41,998 bases of DNA from an uncultured bacterium. Lineage in GTDB: Bacteria; DYJV01. The stretch spans positions 1-41,998 of the forward strand of contig CAZIZE010000015.1 in assembly GCA_964543655.1 (NCBI GenBank). Reading direction: 5' to 3'. Positions 1 to 9,972 of the stretch are shown piece after piece. Position 1 is the stretch's first letter, and each line of letters starts with the position of its first letter. The position numbers and the translations under genes were made by a program. The notes beneath the pieces were generated by a model, which made no database searches, had not been told where the DNA came from, and was given only the letters and a program-made list of their open reading frames with translations.

Positions 1-2
1 TC

Positions 3-98
3 GCACAAATTACATATTATAAAGAAATAGGCTCATCCTATATTAGTGCAATGAAAAGTGCATGTGAAAGTGGAGGAGGAGAATTTTTGCTCCCTTAG
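3..98 (+). CDS. 3' end of an unidentified CDS entering from the left edge
   Basis: Open frame from nt 3 reads AQITYYKEIGSSYISAMKSACESGGGEFLLP, then TAG at 96-98. Too short to assign a family. Confidence 0.35.
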   Translation, partial: AQITYYKEIGSSYISAMKSACESGGGEFLLP

Positions 99-309
99 AA
101 AATAAATTTTAATAATAAAATGAAATACCTTACGTTTAAAGAATTTAGCAAGAGTTATACAAAAACTAACCTCAAAGCAAGAGATTTTTTCGGGTTAAAC
201 CTTAAAATAATGGTTTTATTGCTTAATAAACACCCCTCTTTGAAAAATCTACCACCTTCTTTTAAATTTATTTTTGTATTATTTCATACTCAGCCTGAAA
301 AAGTAATTT

Positions 310-325
310 TGGCACTTATATTGCA
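310..325 (+). promoter_or_regulatory. sigma54 (-24/-12) promoter
   Basis: TGGCACTTATATTGCA has exact GG-N10-GC spacing, ~45 nt before the ATG at 371 (SD GGAGG at 361). Confidence 0.85.
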
Positions 326-370
326 TTTAATAAGCAAATTATTTTAATAAAGTAAGCTTAGGAGGGTAAG

Positions 371-1528
371 ATGAATTTTGAATTGCCAGAAGAAATAAGA
401 ACATTGCAAGATATGGTTAGAGATTTTGTTGACAAAGAAGTTATGCCTAATGTTGATGAATGGGATGAAAAACACTATTATCCAAAAGACCTTATTAAAA
501 AAATGGCTGAGCTTGGTTTCTTTGGTTGCCTTATTGGTGAGGAATATGGTGGAAATGAAATGGGTTTTTTAGCTCAAACAGTTTTAACAGAAGAGCTTGC
601 AAGAGGTAGTAGCTCTTTGAGAGTTGCTGTTAATTGTAATGGTGCTGGTAGTGCTTTTGAAATTTATAAATATGGTACTGAGGAAGCCAAGAAAAAATAT
701 TTACCAAAACTTATGAGTGGTGAATATCTTGGCGCATTTGCAATAACAGAGCCAAATGCTGGTTCTGATACTCTTGCAATGAAATCCACAGCAGTTGATA
801 AAGGAGATCATTTTGTTTTGAATGGAACCAAAACATGGATTTCCAATGCGCAGGTAGCTGATGTTGCAATTATTTATGCTTATCATGATAGAAGTTTGAA
901 ATCAAAAGGATTATCAGCATTTATTTTAGATATGAATCAGGAAGGTGTTACTACAACAGAGCTTGACAAAATGGGTACAAGATCATCTCCTACTGGTGAA
1001 ATTATTATGGAAAATGCTATAGTTCCAAAAGAAAATCTCCTTGGTAACCTTGGAGATGGTGTTAAAATAATGTTTTCATCACTTAATCAGACAAGACAAT
1101 TTACTGCTGCTGGAGCAATTGGTGTGGCACAAGCATGTCTTGAAGTTGCAAGGCAATACTGCACAGAAAGAGAGCAATTTGGTAAGCAGGTAGGCCAGTT
1201 TCAAATGAATCAGGATTTAATTGCTCAGATGGCAGTTGAGATAGAAGCTGCAAGGCTACTTACCTACAAAGCTGCCTGGCAAAAAGATCAGGGAATGCTT
1301 AATAATACAAAGGAAACATCATTTGCTAAATATTTTTCTGGGTTAGTTGCACAAAAGTGTTCTCATTCAGCAATGAAAATACTTGGAGCCTATGGATACT
1401 CAACAGAATATCCAGTTGCAAGGCTTTATAGAGATGCTGTTCTTTATCAGATTGTTGAAGGAACAGAAAATATTCAAAAATGGATTATTGCTCTTGATGA
1501 ATTAGGTTATAGAAAAGCAAATAAATAA
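371..1528 (+). CDS. acd: glutaryl-CoA dehydrogenase, non-decarboxylating (glutaconyl-CoA-forming) type
   Basis: Acyl-CoA dehydrogenase motifs (AITEPNAGSD, NGTKTWISNA). Segments ARGSSSLRV, FQMNQDLIAQMAVE, GAYGYSTEYPVAR, IVEG and the C-terminal LGYRKANK closely resemble the Desulfococcus multivorans non-decarboxylating enzyme as recalled. Val, not Tyr, precedes the catalytic Glu. Confidence 0.85.
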   Translation: MNFELPEEIRTLQDMVRDFVDKEVMPNVDEWDEKHYYPKDLIKKMAELGFFGCLIGEEYGGNEMGFLAQTVLTEELARGSSSLRVAVNCNGAGSAFEIYKYGTEEAKKKYLPKLMSGEYLGAFAITEPNAGSDTLAMKSTAVDKGDHFVLNGTKTWISNAQVADVAIIYAYHDRSLKSKGLSAFILDMNQEGVTTTELDKMGTRSSPTGEIIMENAIVPKENLLGNLGDGVKIMFSSLNQTRQFTAAGAIGVAQACLEVARQYCTEREQFGKQVGQFQMNQDLIAQMAVEIEAARLLTYKAAWQKDQGMLNNTKETSFAKYFSGLVAQKCSHSAMKILGAYGYSTEYPVARLYRDAVLYQIVEGTENIQKWIIALDELGYRKANK

Positions 1529-1547
1529 ATTTTTCTACAATTTAATG

Positions 1548-1584
1548 TGGGGATATGAATGTTTAATTCTATCCCCATTTTTTT
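1548..1584 (+). terminator. intrinsic terminator between convergent genes
   Basis: TGGGGATA...TATCCCCA stem followed by a T7 tract. Confidence 0.75.
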
Positions 1585-1598
1585 ATGTAGTAAAATAT

Positions 1599-3248
1599 CT
1601 ACATCTTTATTCTGTATTTGTTTAATTTTTTATGCAGTCCTGTTCTATGAATTCCAAGAAGCTCAGCTGTTTTTGTTCTGTTGCCATTGGTTAGCTTTAA
1701 TGCCCTAATAATAATTTCCTTCTCCTTCCTTTCAAGCTCTTCTTTTAATTTGTTAACAGATTTTAAGGAAAAAGATTCAAGATTATCAACAGGATTTTCA
1801 AGATTTTCGAATAGATAGGCAGGAAGACATCTTGGGGTTAAAATATTTCCATCAGCTCTATAGATTGATAGCTCAATAACATTTTTTAATTCCCTGATAT
1901 TCCCTGGCCATGAGTATGCTTTTATTATATTTATGTATTCCTGGGACATCTCTCTTACATTTGTATATTTGGAAAGCAGACTTAGAAAATGGTATGCAAG
2001 CTTTTCTATATCATCTTTCCTATCCCTCAAAGGTGGAATTTTTATAGGAATTGTATAGATTCTGTAGTAAAGGTCTTCTCTAAATTGATTTTTTTCTACC
2101 ATTCTTTTTAAATTTTTATTTGTTGCGCATATTAGCCTAAAATCAACTTTTTTAGGAGAGGATTTACCTATTCTTTCAACCTCTTTTTCTTGTAAAACCC
2201 TTAAAAATTTTGCCTGCAAACTTAATGGTAGATCACCAATCTCATCAAGAAAAATAGTACCACCATTTGCAAGTTCAAATTTACCAGGTTTCCCCTGCTT
2301 TAAAGCACCAGTAAAAGCACCCTCTGTATAGCCAAAAAGTTCAGACTCTGCTAATTCCGCTGGAATGGATGCACAGTTAACTTTTACAAAAGGCTTGTCT
2401 TTTCTTGAGCTATTTAAATGAATTGCATGTGCAAATAGCTCTTTACCAGTGCCACTTTCTCCAAGGAGAATCACTGTTGAATCAGTAGGTGAAATTCTTT
2501 TTGCAAAATTTTTTGCTTCCAAAAAATCTTCATTTGAGCCTATCAGGTCATCAAATGTATATTGTGCGTGATGGAGAGTAGCTATCTGTTTTTTATATCT
2601 TTTTACTTCATGTTGTAAAATTTTAAGCTCTTTTAGAAGTTCATCAATATCTCTTTCGTTTTTAATCATTATTTTGCCAATAGCACCATAAACATTATTT
2701 TTGTATGTAACTGGAATCCTTGAAACCAATCTTGGCTCACCATTAATTTTCTGCAATTTGCCAATTTCCTCTTTACCGCTTTTAGCTATTAAATGAAGCC
2801 TGCTATTGGGAATTAGTTTGGTAATATGTTTTTCTTTGATTTTTGACAATTTAGTTCTAAAAAATCTTTCATTTAATGAATTAATATATTTTATATTGCC
2901 ATTGCTATCAACAAGTATAACTCCTTCATATGGGTTGTTTATAAGTGTATGCAGGGATAAAACTCCTTCAATGGAACTAAAAAGAGTTGATACAACTTCA
3001 TTTTTAACAAAATCAATAATTAAACATATTTCAATATTTTCAGATTCATAGTAGAACCGTTTTAAATAAAACTTAATACCCCTTTTATCAGTAAAACGGG
3101 ATACACCTTTAAAAATATGCTCAGAAACATCAAGGCCATCACTGAAAATTTCATTATAATTTGTATTTTTAAAAATTATTTCATTATTTTTTAAAATTAC
3201 TGCTGGGATTTTTATATAATCTAAAATATCTTGAATTAACTGTATCAT
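1599..3248 (-). CDS. PAS-domain sigma54-dependent enhancer-binding protein (AAA+, Fis-type HTH)
   Basis: PAS segment ([16 protein letters not shown]), Walker [15 protein letters not shown], Walker [17 protein letters not shown]-terminal [23 protein letters not shown]. No receiver domain. Confidence 0.95.
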   Translation of the reverse strand: MIQLIQDILDYIKIPAVILKNNEIIFKNTNYNEIFSDGLDVSEHIFKGVSRFTDKRGIKFYLKRFYYESENIEICLIIDFVKNEVVSTLFSSIEGVLSLHTLINNPYEGVILVDSNGNIKYINSLNERFFRTKLSKIKEKHITKLIPNSRLHLIAKSGKEEIGKLQKINGEPRLVSRIPVTYKNNVYGAIGKIMIKNERDIDELLKELKILQHEVKRYKKQIATLHHAQYTFDDLIGSNEDFLEAKNFAKRISPTDSTVILLGESGTGKELFAHAIHLNSSRKDKPFVKVNCASIPAELAESELFGYTEGAFTGALKQGKPGKFELANGGTIFLDEIGDLPLSLQAKFLRVLQEKEVERIGKSSPKKVDFRLICATNKNLKRMVEKNQFREDLYYRIYTIPIKIPPLRDRKDDIEKLAYHFLSLLSKYTNVREMSQEYINIIKAYSWPGNIRELKNVIELSIYRADGNILTPRCLPAYLFENLENPVDNLESFSLKSVNKLKEELERKEKEIIIRALKLTNGNRTKTAELLGIHRTGLHKKLNKYRIKM

Positions 3249-3287
3249 ATAATTTACACCTCTGATTTATGTTGTATTTTTTATACA
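3241..3287. promoter_or_regulatory. pair of 18-bp TGT-N12-ACA palindromes (candidate activator sites)
   Basis: TGTATCATATAATTTACA (3241-3258, overlapping the regulator start codon) and TGTTGTATTTTTTATACA (3270-3287). Confidence 0.6.
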
Positions 3288-3323
3288 GTAAAATTTTTTA
3301 TGTGTCAAGAATTATAAATTAAA

Positions 3324-3339
3324 TGGTATATATTTTGCA
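3324..3339 (+). promoter_or_regulatory. sigma54 promoter
   Basis: TGGTATATATTTTGCA, GG-N10-GC, upstream of the ATG at 3378. Confidence 0.7.
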
Positions 3340-3377
3340 ATTTTTACAAAAATAAAAAAGCATTTTAAGGATGAAGT

Positions 3378-4544
3378 ATGGATATTAAAAAATTAGATTA
3401 CATTTGCCTTGATACTCTTTTAAAGGAAGATGAGCTTAAATTAAGGGATAATTTGAGACAGTTTGTTGATAAAGAAGTTATTCCTACTGTTGATGAGCAT
3501 TTTATTTCAGGAACTTTTCCTATGGATTTAATAAAAGAATTTGGTAAAAGAAAGCTATTAGGAGCTTTTTTAAATGGATATGAATGTGCTGGTTTAGATG
3601 CAGTAAAGTATGGGATTATCTGTATGGAAATAGAGAGAGGAGATGGTGGTATTAGAAGTTTTCTCACCACTCAAGGCTCTCTTGTAATGTATGCTATATG
3701 GAAGTATGGCTCAGAAGCTCAGAAAAAGAAATTTTTACCAGAAATGGCTAAAGGTAAATTAATTGGCTGTTTTGGGCTTACAGAAGAAGATGCAAGTGGC
3801 AATCCTGCTCAGATGAAAACATTTGCCATTAAAGATGGTAACAAATGGGTTATAAATGGTGAAAAAATGTGGATTACCAATGCCCCAATAGCTGATGTTG
3901 GTATTATTTGGGCAAAAACTGATGATGGAATAAAAGCTTTTATTGTTGATATGGGTAAAAAGGGAGTTGAAATAGTAAAAATGAAGAGCAGTATCTCTCT
4001 TCGTTCCTATATTACCTCAGGAATAAAATTGAACAACGTGGTTGTTTCAGAAAAAGATAGACTTGTTGAAGCAGACGGCTTAAAAGCTTCACTTTCTTGC
4101 CTTACAGAAAAGAGGTATGGAATGGCCTGGGGAGCAATTGGAGCAGCAATAGATTGTTACTGCCAATCATTATCTTATGCAAAGGAAAGGATAATGTTTG
4201 GAAGGCCAGTTGTTTCCTCGCAGTTAATCCAGAGAAAGCTTGTGAATATGCTGCTCGAAATTACAAAGGCAAGAGCAATTACAATTCAGGTTGGTAGGGT
4301 TAAGGAAAGAGAGAAGAACTTTAGGCATGAAATGGTTGCTTTAATTGCTCTGAACAATCTTACAAAATCAGTTGAAATAGCAAGAGAGGCTAAAGAGATA
4401 CATGGTATAAATGGTATATCAATGGAATCAAGGGTAATAAGGCATCTCTTGAACCTGGAATCATTAAATGCATTTGAAGGTACAAATGATATATACCTGC
4501 TCATTATAGGGAGAGACATTACAGGTATGCAAGCTTTTTTTTAG
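3378..4544 (+). CDS. glutaryl-CoA dehydrogenase-like (decarboxylating GcdH/BamM family), divergent
   Basis: GcdH-type segments EIERGDGGIRS, QGSLVMYAIWKYGSEAQK, GCFGLTE, KMWITNAPIAD, RYGMAWG, RHLLNLES..FEGT. Several usually conserved residues are substituted. Confidence 0.75.
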   Translation: MDIKKLDYICLDTLLKEDELKLRDNLRQFVDKEVIPTVDEHFISGTFPMDLIKEFGKRKLLGAFLNGYECAGLDAVKYGIICMEIERGDGGIRSFLTTQGSLVMYAIWKYGSEAQKKKFLPEMAKGKLIGCFGLTEEDASGNPAQMKTFAIKDGNKWVINGEKMWITNAPIADVGIIWAKTDDGIKAFIVDMGKKGVEIVKMKSSISLRSYITSGIKLNNVVVSEKDRLVEADGLKASLSCLTEKRYGMAWGAIGAAIDCYCQSLSYAKERIMFGRPVVSSQLIQRKLVNMLLEITKARAITIQVGRVKEREKNFRHEMVALIALNNLTKSVEIAREAKEIHGINGISMESRVIRHLLNLESLNAFEGTNDIYLLIIGRDITGMQAFF

Positions 4545-4620
4545 TGTATAATTTTATATACTATATGTGAAATGTATAATTTATTATTCATGTTTTGTTT
4601 AATGTGCTAAAAAAATTACA
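4545..4620. promoter_or_regulatory. three 18-bp TGT-N12-ACA-like sites
   Basis: TGTATAATTTTATATACT (4545-4562), TGTATAATTTATTATTCA (4573-4590), TGTGCTAAAAAAATTACA (4603-4620), spaced 28-30 bp, upstream of a sigma54 promoter. Confidence 0.6.
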
Positions 4621-4652
4621 AAAAAGTTTGACTTTTTTAACCTATATATAAA

Positions 4653-4668
4653 TGGCACATAGATTGCT
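4653..4668 (+). promoter_or_regulatory. sigma54 promoter of the thiolase-SDR-bamR-bamQ-bamA operon
   Basis: TGGCACATAGATTGCT, near consensus. Confidence 0.9.
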
Positions 4669-4718
4669 CACCTTTTATGGTTAAGTAAAAACTATAATCT
4701 CATAAAAATGGAGGAGCC

Positions 4719-5912
4719 ATGAGAAAATTAAGTGATGTTGTATTTGTAAGTGCAGTTAGGACACCAATGGGTAGATTTGGTGGTACTTTAAGAGATATGC
4801 CTGTGTATGAAATGGGAGTTTTTCCTGCAAAAGAGGCAATGAAGAGGGCTAATGTTAATGGTGATGAAATAGATGAAGCTATTATTGGCAATTGTAGGCA
4901 GGCAGGTAATAGAGTTAATCCAGGAAGAACTGTTGCATTAAAAGCTGGTTGTGCTCAACATGTTCCAGGTGTGACTATTAATAAAGCTTGTCCTGCTGGA
5001 ATGAAAGCAATTTCAATGGCAGTGAGTCAGATTGTTCTTGAGCAGGGTGACATTGTTTTAGCAGGTGGTATGGAATCTATGAGTACCATACCATTTTTAT
5101 TGAGAAATGTTAGGTGGAATGGTTTTAGAATGGGTGATAAAGTGCTTGAAGATGGTTGGAGTGATTCTCAAGATCCAGTTGCTCTTGTTAGTATGGGGAT
5201 GACAGCTGAAAATGTTGCTGAAAAATGGGGTATTAAAAAAGAGGAGATGGATGAATATGCTGTTAGATCCCATAGGTTAGCTTATGAAGCTCAACAAAAG
5301 GGATATTTTGATGAAGAAGTTACTCCAGTTGTTGTTCCTGCTACAAGGAAAACACCTGAGATAATTTTTGATAAAGATGAGTCCATTAGACCAGAGACCA
5401 ATATGGAAGCACTTGCAAAGTTAAAGCCAGCTTTTAAAAAGGATGGGCTTGTTACTGCTGGTAATTCATGTGGACTTACAGATGGTGCTGCAATGCTTGT
5501 GGCTATGACAAGAGAGAAAGCAGAAGAAAAGGGTGTTAAACCTCTTTTTTCAGTAATTGACTGGGCATCATACGCTGTTGATGGAAAGTTTATGGGAGAA
5601 GGGCCAGGTGTTGTAATACCAAGAGTTTTAAAGAGAGCAGGAATGACCATAGATGATATTGACCTTTTTGAAATAAATGAAGCTTTTGCATCACAGGTGC
5701 TTGCAAATGTTAAGCAATTAAATTTGGATATTGATAAATTAAATGTAAATGGTGGTGCTATAGCTCTTGGCCATCCAACTGGTTGCTCAGGAGCAAGAAT
5801 AGTGGTTACATTATATTACGCATTAAAGCGACTTGACAAAGAAATTGGTTGCGCTGCAATTTGTGGTGGTGGCGGTGCTACAATGGGAATAATAATAAAA
5901 AGAGAAAGTTAA
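4719..5912 (+). CDS. thiolase (acetyl-CoA C-acyltransferase), likely lower benzoyl-CoA pathway
   Basis: INKAC active Cys, AGGMESMS, NEAF, GGAIALGHPTG, CGGGG. Confidence 0.93.
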   Translation: MRKLSDVVFVSAVRTPMGRFGGTLRDMPVYEMGVFPAKEAMKRANVNGDEIDEAIIGNCRQAGNRVNPGRTVALKAGCAQHVPGVTINKACPAGMKAISMAVSQIVLEQGDIVLAGGMESMSTIPFLLRNVRWNGFRMGDKVLEDGWSDSQDPVALVSMGMTAENVAEKWGIKKEEMDEYAVRSHRLAYEAQQKGYFDEEVTPVVVPATRKTPEIIFDKDESIRPETNMEALAKLKPAFKKDGLVTAGNSCGLTDGAAMLVAMTREKAEEKGVKPLFSVIDWASYAVDGKFMGEGPGVVIPRVLKRAGMTIDDIDLFEINEAFASQVLANVKQLNLDIDKLNVNGGAIALGHPTGCSGARIVVTLYYALKRLDKEIGCAAICGGGGATMGIIIKRES

Positions 5913-5937
5913 AAACAATCTCCTCAGGAGGATAGAA

Positions 5938-6684
5938 ATGCTTGATTTAACAGGGAAAGTTGCAATAGTTACAGGTGGCACAAGAGGTATTGGTAAAGCT
6001 ATTGTTAAAAAATTATCTGCTCAAGGTGCTGCTGTTGCATTAAATTATAGAAAAAGTGCCAAAGAAGCAGAGGAACTTGTAGAAGAGCTTAAAAATGCTG
6101 GCAAAAAAGCAATTGCTGTGCAGGCTGATGTATCAAAGTTTGACGATGCAATTGCAATGGTTAAAAAGGTTGTTGATGAATTTGGAAAAATTGATATTCT
6201 TGTTACAAATGCTGGAATGAACTGGGATGGTGTTATCTGGAAAATGTCAGAGGAGCAGTGGGATAGAGTAATAGAGGTTGATTTAAAAGGGACTTTTAAC
6301 TATATCCGTGCAGTTGCACCATATATGAGAGAGCAGAAAAGTGGTAGAATAATCACAATAACATCTATAAATGGTTTAAGAGGAAAATTTGGACAGACCA
6401 ACTACTCTGCTGCAAAAGGTGGGGTAATTGGTTTAACAAAGGCATGTGCAAAAGATCTTGGAAAGTATGGAATTACTGCTAATTCAGTTGCTCCTGGTTT
6501 TATTCTTACTGAAATGGGTGAATCAATGCCTGATGAATTTAAGCAGGTTGCTATTAATGAAAGTGCATTGAAAAAGGCTGGAAAGCCTGAAGATATCGCA
6601 AATCTTGTTGTTTTCCTTGCTTCTGATGAAGGTGGACACATTACAGGTGAAGTAATCAAGGTTGATGGAGGGCAATATATTTAG
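5938..6684 (+). CDS. SDR-family 3-oxoacyl-/3-hydroxyacyl-CoA oxidoreductase (FabG/PhbB-like)
   Basis: TGGTRGIG, NAG, YSAAK, APGFI. Confidence 0.9.
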   Translation: MLDLTGKVAIVTGGTRGIGKAIVKKLSAQGAAVALNYRKSAKEAEELVEELKNAGKKAIAVQADVSKFDDAIAMVKKVVDEFGKIDILVTNAGMNWDGVIWKMSEEQWDRVIEVDLKGTFNYIRAVAPYMREQKSGRIITITSINGLRGKFGQTNYSAAKGGVIGLTKACAKDLGKYGITANSVAPGFILTEMGESMPDEFKQVAINESALKKAGKPEDIANLVVFLASDEGGHITGEVIKVDGGQYI

Positions 6685-6829
6685 TGCAGAGTTAGTTATT
6701 GGTGGTGAAGGTAATTTACAGAGAATTTTATATATTGATTATTGATTAATTACCAATTTATATTTTGAATTTCACTATTAAAATTGCTAACCTTGAACCT
6801 TGAACAATTAACATTATTGGGAGGGAAAT

Positions 6830-7600
6830 ATGGAATATAAATTTATTAAATTTGAAAAAAAAGAGAGAGTAGCTTTTATAAATATCAACAAGCCACCTTA
6901 CAATGTACTTGATATTCCCACAATGAAAGAGATGAATGTAGCTCTTGATGAAGTTAATAAAGATGAAAATATAGATATTCTTGTTTTAGGCTCAGAAGGA
7001 GAAAAGGCTTTTTCTGCTGGTGTTGATGTTGCAGATCATACAGATGATAAAGTTGATGAAATGATAGAGGTTTTTCATGGTATTTTTAAAAGGCTTGCTG
7101 ATTTTAAAGGTGTTACAATTGCTGCTGTTAAGGGTGCTGCTCTTGGTGGTGGCTGTGAAGTAGCAATTTTTTGTGATATGATTTTTGCTGCTGACAATAT
7201 TAAAATAGGACAGCCTGAAATTAAACTTGCAGTTTTTCCACCAATAGCACTGCTTGTTCTTCCTAAAATTATACCTACTAAAAAAGCTTTTGAAATTATT
7301 CTTGGTGGTGAAGTTATAAAAGCAGAGGAAGCTCTTAATATTGGTCTTGTTAATAAAGTTGTTCCAATTGCTAATTTTAATGAAGAGCTTGAAAAATTTA
7401 TAGCTATCTACTCAAATTTAAGTGGCAGTGCATTAAAAGTTACAAAAGAGGCTTTTAATAAAGTGAGAAATCTTGATTTTAAAGAAGGGTTACCTGTAAT
7501 AGAGGATATTTATTTAAATAAATTAATGAAGCTTTCAGATGCTGAAGAAGGTTTAAAATCTTTTCTTGAAAAGAGAAAACCTGTGTGGACGCATAAATAA
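6830..7600 (+). CDS. bamR: cyclohexa-1,5-diene-1-carbonyl-CoA hydratase (Dch)
   Basis: Crotonase motifs FSAGVDVADH, ALGGGCE, GQPEIKLAVFPP; lies directly before had and oah. Confidence 0.85.
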   Translation: MEYKFIKFEKKERVAFININKPPYNVLDIPTMKEMNVALDEVNKDENIDILVLGSEGEKAFSAGVDVADHTDDKVDEMIEVFHGIFKRLADFKGVTIAAVKGAALGGGCEVAIFCDMIFAADNIKIGQPEIKLAVFPPIALLVLPKIIPTKKAFEIILGGEVIKAEEALNIGLVNKVVPIANFNEELEKFIAIYSNLSGSALKVTKEAFNKVRNLDFKEGLPVIEDIYLNKLMKLSDAEEGLKSFLEKRKPVWTHK

Positions 7601-7621
7601 TCAAATATAAAGGAGGAAGTT

Positions 7622-8716
7622 ATGAGTTGTAGTCATTGTAAGGTTCCTGATAAAATTAAAACCTGGCAAATGGTAGAGCCAGGTAAATTAGAATTAAAAG
7701 AGATACCTGTTCCAGAATTAGCTGACAATGATGTTCTTGTTGAAGTTGCTGGATGTGGTGTATGCCATACTGATCTTGGATATTTTTATGATGGTGTTCC
7801 AACTGTATGTAAACCACCTCTTACTCTTGGACATGAGATAAGTGGTGTTGTTGTTGCAGCTGGAAAAAACAAAGGTGATATGATTGGTAAAGAGGTTATT
7901 ATTCCTGCTGTTATGCCATGTAATGAATGTGAAATTTGTAAATCTGGCAGAGGTAACAGATGTTTGTTTCAGAAAATGCCTGGAAATAGCCTTGGGATAT
8001 ATGGAGGTTTCTCAAGCCATATTCCAGTACCAGGTGATGATCTTTGTATTGTAAATGAAAGAAAATTCCCACTTGAGAAGCTTGCAGTTGTTGCTGATGC
8101 TGTTACAACTCCTTATCAAGCAGCAGTTAGAGCGGATCTTAAAGAGGGAGATAGAGTTGTTGTTATTGGTGCAACAGGTGGTGTTGGAACATATATGGTT
8201 CAAGTGGCAAAAGCATTAGGTGCATCTGTGGTAGTTGGTATGGCAAGAAATGAAGAAAAGCTTGCAAGAATCAAAGAGTATGGTTGTGATTATACAATTA
8301 ACACAAGAGATAAAACAACTAAAGATATTAAAAATGAATTAAAAGCTTATTGCAAAGAGAATAAAATTCCTCACAACTATGGTTGGAAAATTTTTGAAGT
8401 AACAGGTACAAAATTTGGTCAGACACTTGGGCTTGACCTGTTATCATTTGTTGGTAAACTTATACTTGTTGGTTATGGAATGCATAAAATTGAATTTATG
8501 TTTTCAAAAGTTATGGCATTTGATGCTGATATTATAGGTACTTGGGGATGCTTACCAAAGTATTACAATAATGTTCTTCAACTTGTAAATGAAGGTAAAA
8601 TTGCAATGGAGCCATTTGTTGATGTAAGACCAATGAGTAGTATTAAAGAAGCTTTTGAAGAAGCTCATAGTGGTAAAATTATGAGAAGAATAGTTTTAAA
8701 GCCAGATTTTGAATAA
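7622..8716 (+). CDS. bamQ: 6-hydroxycyclohex-1-ene-1-carbonyl-CoA dehydrogenase (Had)
   Basis: Zn-dependent ADH motifs GCGVCHTDLGYFYDGVPT, GHE, CxxCxxC, VVADAVTTPYQA, MAFDA...GTWGC. Confidence 0.92.
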   Translation: MSCSHCKVPDKIKTWQMVEPGKLELKEIPVPELADNDVLVEVAGCGVCHTDLGYFYDGVPTVCKPPLTLGHEISGVVVAAGKNKGDMIGKEVIIPAVMPCNECEICKSGRGNRCLFQKMPGNSLGIYGGFSSHIPVPGDDLCIVNERKFPLEKLAVVADAVTTPYQAAVRADLKEGDRVVVIGATGGVGTYMVQVAKALGASVVVGMARNEEKLARIKEYGCDYTINTRDKTTKDIKNELKAYCKENKIPHNYGWKIFEVTGTKFGQTLGLDLLSFVGKLILVGYGMHKIEFMFSKVMAFDADIIGTWGCLPKYYNNVLQLVNEGKIAMEPFVDVRPMSSIKEAFEEAHSGKIMRRIVLKPDFE

Positions 8717-8744
8717 AAGAGCAAAAAAATTAAAGGAGGTTTTT

Positions 8745-9881
8745 ATGGGTTTAGAATGGTTACCAAGAGATAATGAAGTAAAGGATCATAGGTTATTTGG
8801 AGATCAATATTGGGGAACTTTTGATGATGCTCCATGTGTTGTGTATGAAAAGAGACCACTTCTTGATGCTAATGGCAATCCAGTGGATGGACTCTATGTT
8901 GCATGGATTTGGTTAAATAATCCAAGACAGTACAATTCTTACACAACAGAAATGGTTAAAGGTGTTATTGCTGGTTTTGGTGCTGCCTCTGGTGATAGAA
9001 GTGTTGTTGCAGCAGTTTTCACAGGAGTTGGTGATAAAGCTTTCTGTACTGGTGGTAATACAAAAGAGTACTCTGAATATTACAGCAGAAGACCAAATGA
9101 ATATGGCGAGTATATGGATCTTTTCAATGGAATGGTTGATGCAATTTTAAATTGTAAAAAACCTACAATTTGTAGGGTTAATGGTATGAGAGTTGCCGGT
9201 GGTCAAGAAATTGGTATGGCATGTGATCTTGCAATAGTATCTGATACAGCTGTTCTTGGTCAGGCTGGTCCAAAACATGGCTCTGCTCCTGACGGTGGTT
9301 CTTCAGACTTTTTACCATGGTATCTCTCAATGGAAGATGCAATGTACAACTGTATTTCCTGTGAAATGTGGAGTGCGTACAAAATGAAAAGGTTAGGACT
9401 TGTAACTAAAGTTGTTCCTGTTCTTAAAAAAGATGGTAAATTTATTAGAAATCCTCTTGTTTACACAGATGAATACATTAAAGATGGTGAAATTGTATAT
9501 GGTGAATTTAAAACAGGTGAAGAAGCAAAAGCTGCAAAAGCATTAATGAAAGAGTGTGAAACAGATTTAAGCTTGCTTGATGAAGCTGTTAATGAAATTG
9601 TTTGGAGATTTGCAAATCTATTCCCAGGCTGTTTAATGAAATCAATTGATAGTGTTAGAGCTAAAAAGAAATTCTTCTGGGATCAAATGAAATTACCTAA
9701 CAGACATTGGCTTGCTGCAAATATGATGTGTGAAGCATATCTTGGTTTTGCTGCATTTAATACTAAAAAGATTACTGGTCAAGATACTATTGATTTTATT
9801 GAATACAGAAGGGCTATTGCAAATGCAGAGCTTATGGATGAGGAAGTTTTTGAAAGAGTTTTAGGTAAGCCACAAAAGTAA
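8745..9881 (+). CDS. bamA: 6-oxocyclohex-1-ene-1-carbonyl-CoA hydrolase (Oah)
   Basis: NNPRQYNSYTT, AFCTGGNTKEYSEYY, GMRVAGGQEIG, GQAGPKHGSAP. Start moved to ATG 8745, which follows SD AAGGAGG. Confidence 0.96.
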   Translation: MGLEWLPRDNEVKDHRLFGDQYWGTFDDAPCVVYEKRPLLDANGNPVDGLYVAWIWLNNPRQYNSYTTEMVKGVIAGFGAASGDRSVVAAVFTGVGDKAFCTGGNTKEYSEYYSRRPNEYGEYMDLFNGMVDAILNCKKPTICRVNGMRVAGGQEIGMACDLAIVSDTAVLGQAGPKHGSAPDGGSSDFLPWYLSMEDAMYNCISCEMWSAYKMKRLGLVTKVVPVLKKDGKFIRNPLVYTDEYIKDGEIVYGEFKTGEEAKAAKALMKECETDLSLLDEAVNEIVWRFANLFPGCLMKSIDSVRAKKKFFWDQMKLPNRHWLAANMMCEAYLGFAAFNTKKITGQDTIDFIEYRRAIANAELMDEEVFERVLGKPQK

Positions 9882-9934
9882 TTCTGCCTAATTTGGGGGT
9901 TTTTTGCCCCTTCCCCCTTTCTTTTGAATTTTAA

Positions 9935-9972
9935 ATAAAAAAAGAGGAGTTTTTAAGCTCCTCTTTTTTTAT
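9935..9972. terminator. bidirectional terminator between bamA and bamF
   Basis: Perfect 15-bp inverted repeat ATAAAAAAAGAGGAG / CTCCTCTTTTTTTAT, overlapping the bamF stop codon. Confidence 0.8.

Noticed and set aside
275-292. TGTATTATTTCATACTCA as an activator site for the acd promoter
   Set aside because: A single weak match very close to the promoter; not distinguishable from chance in AT-rich DNA.
120-347. 75-aa ORF upstream of acd
   Set aside because: No SD or family features, AT-rich, and it overlaps the sigma54 promoter at 310-325.
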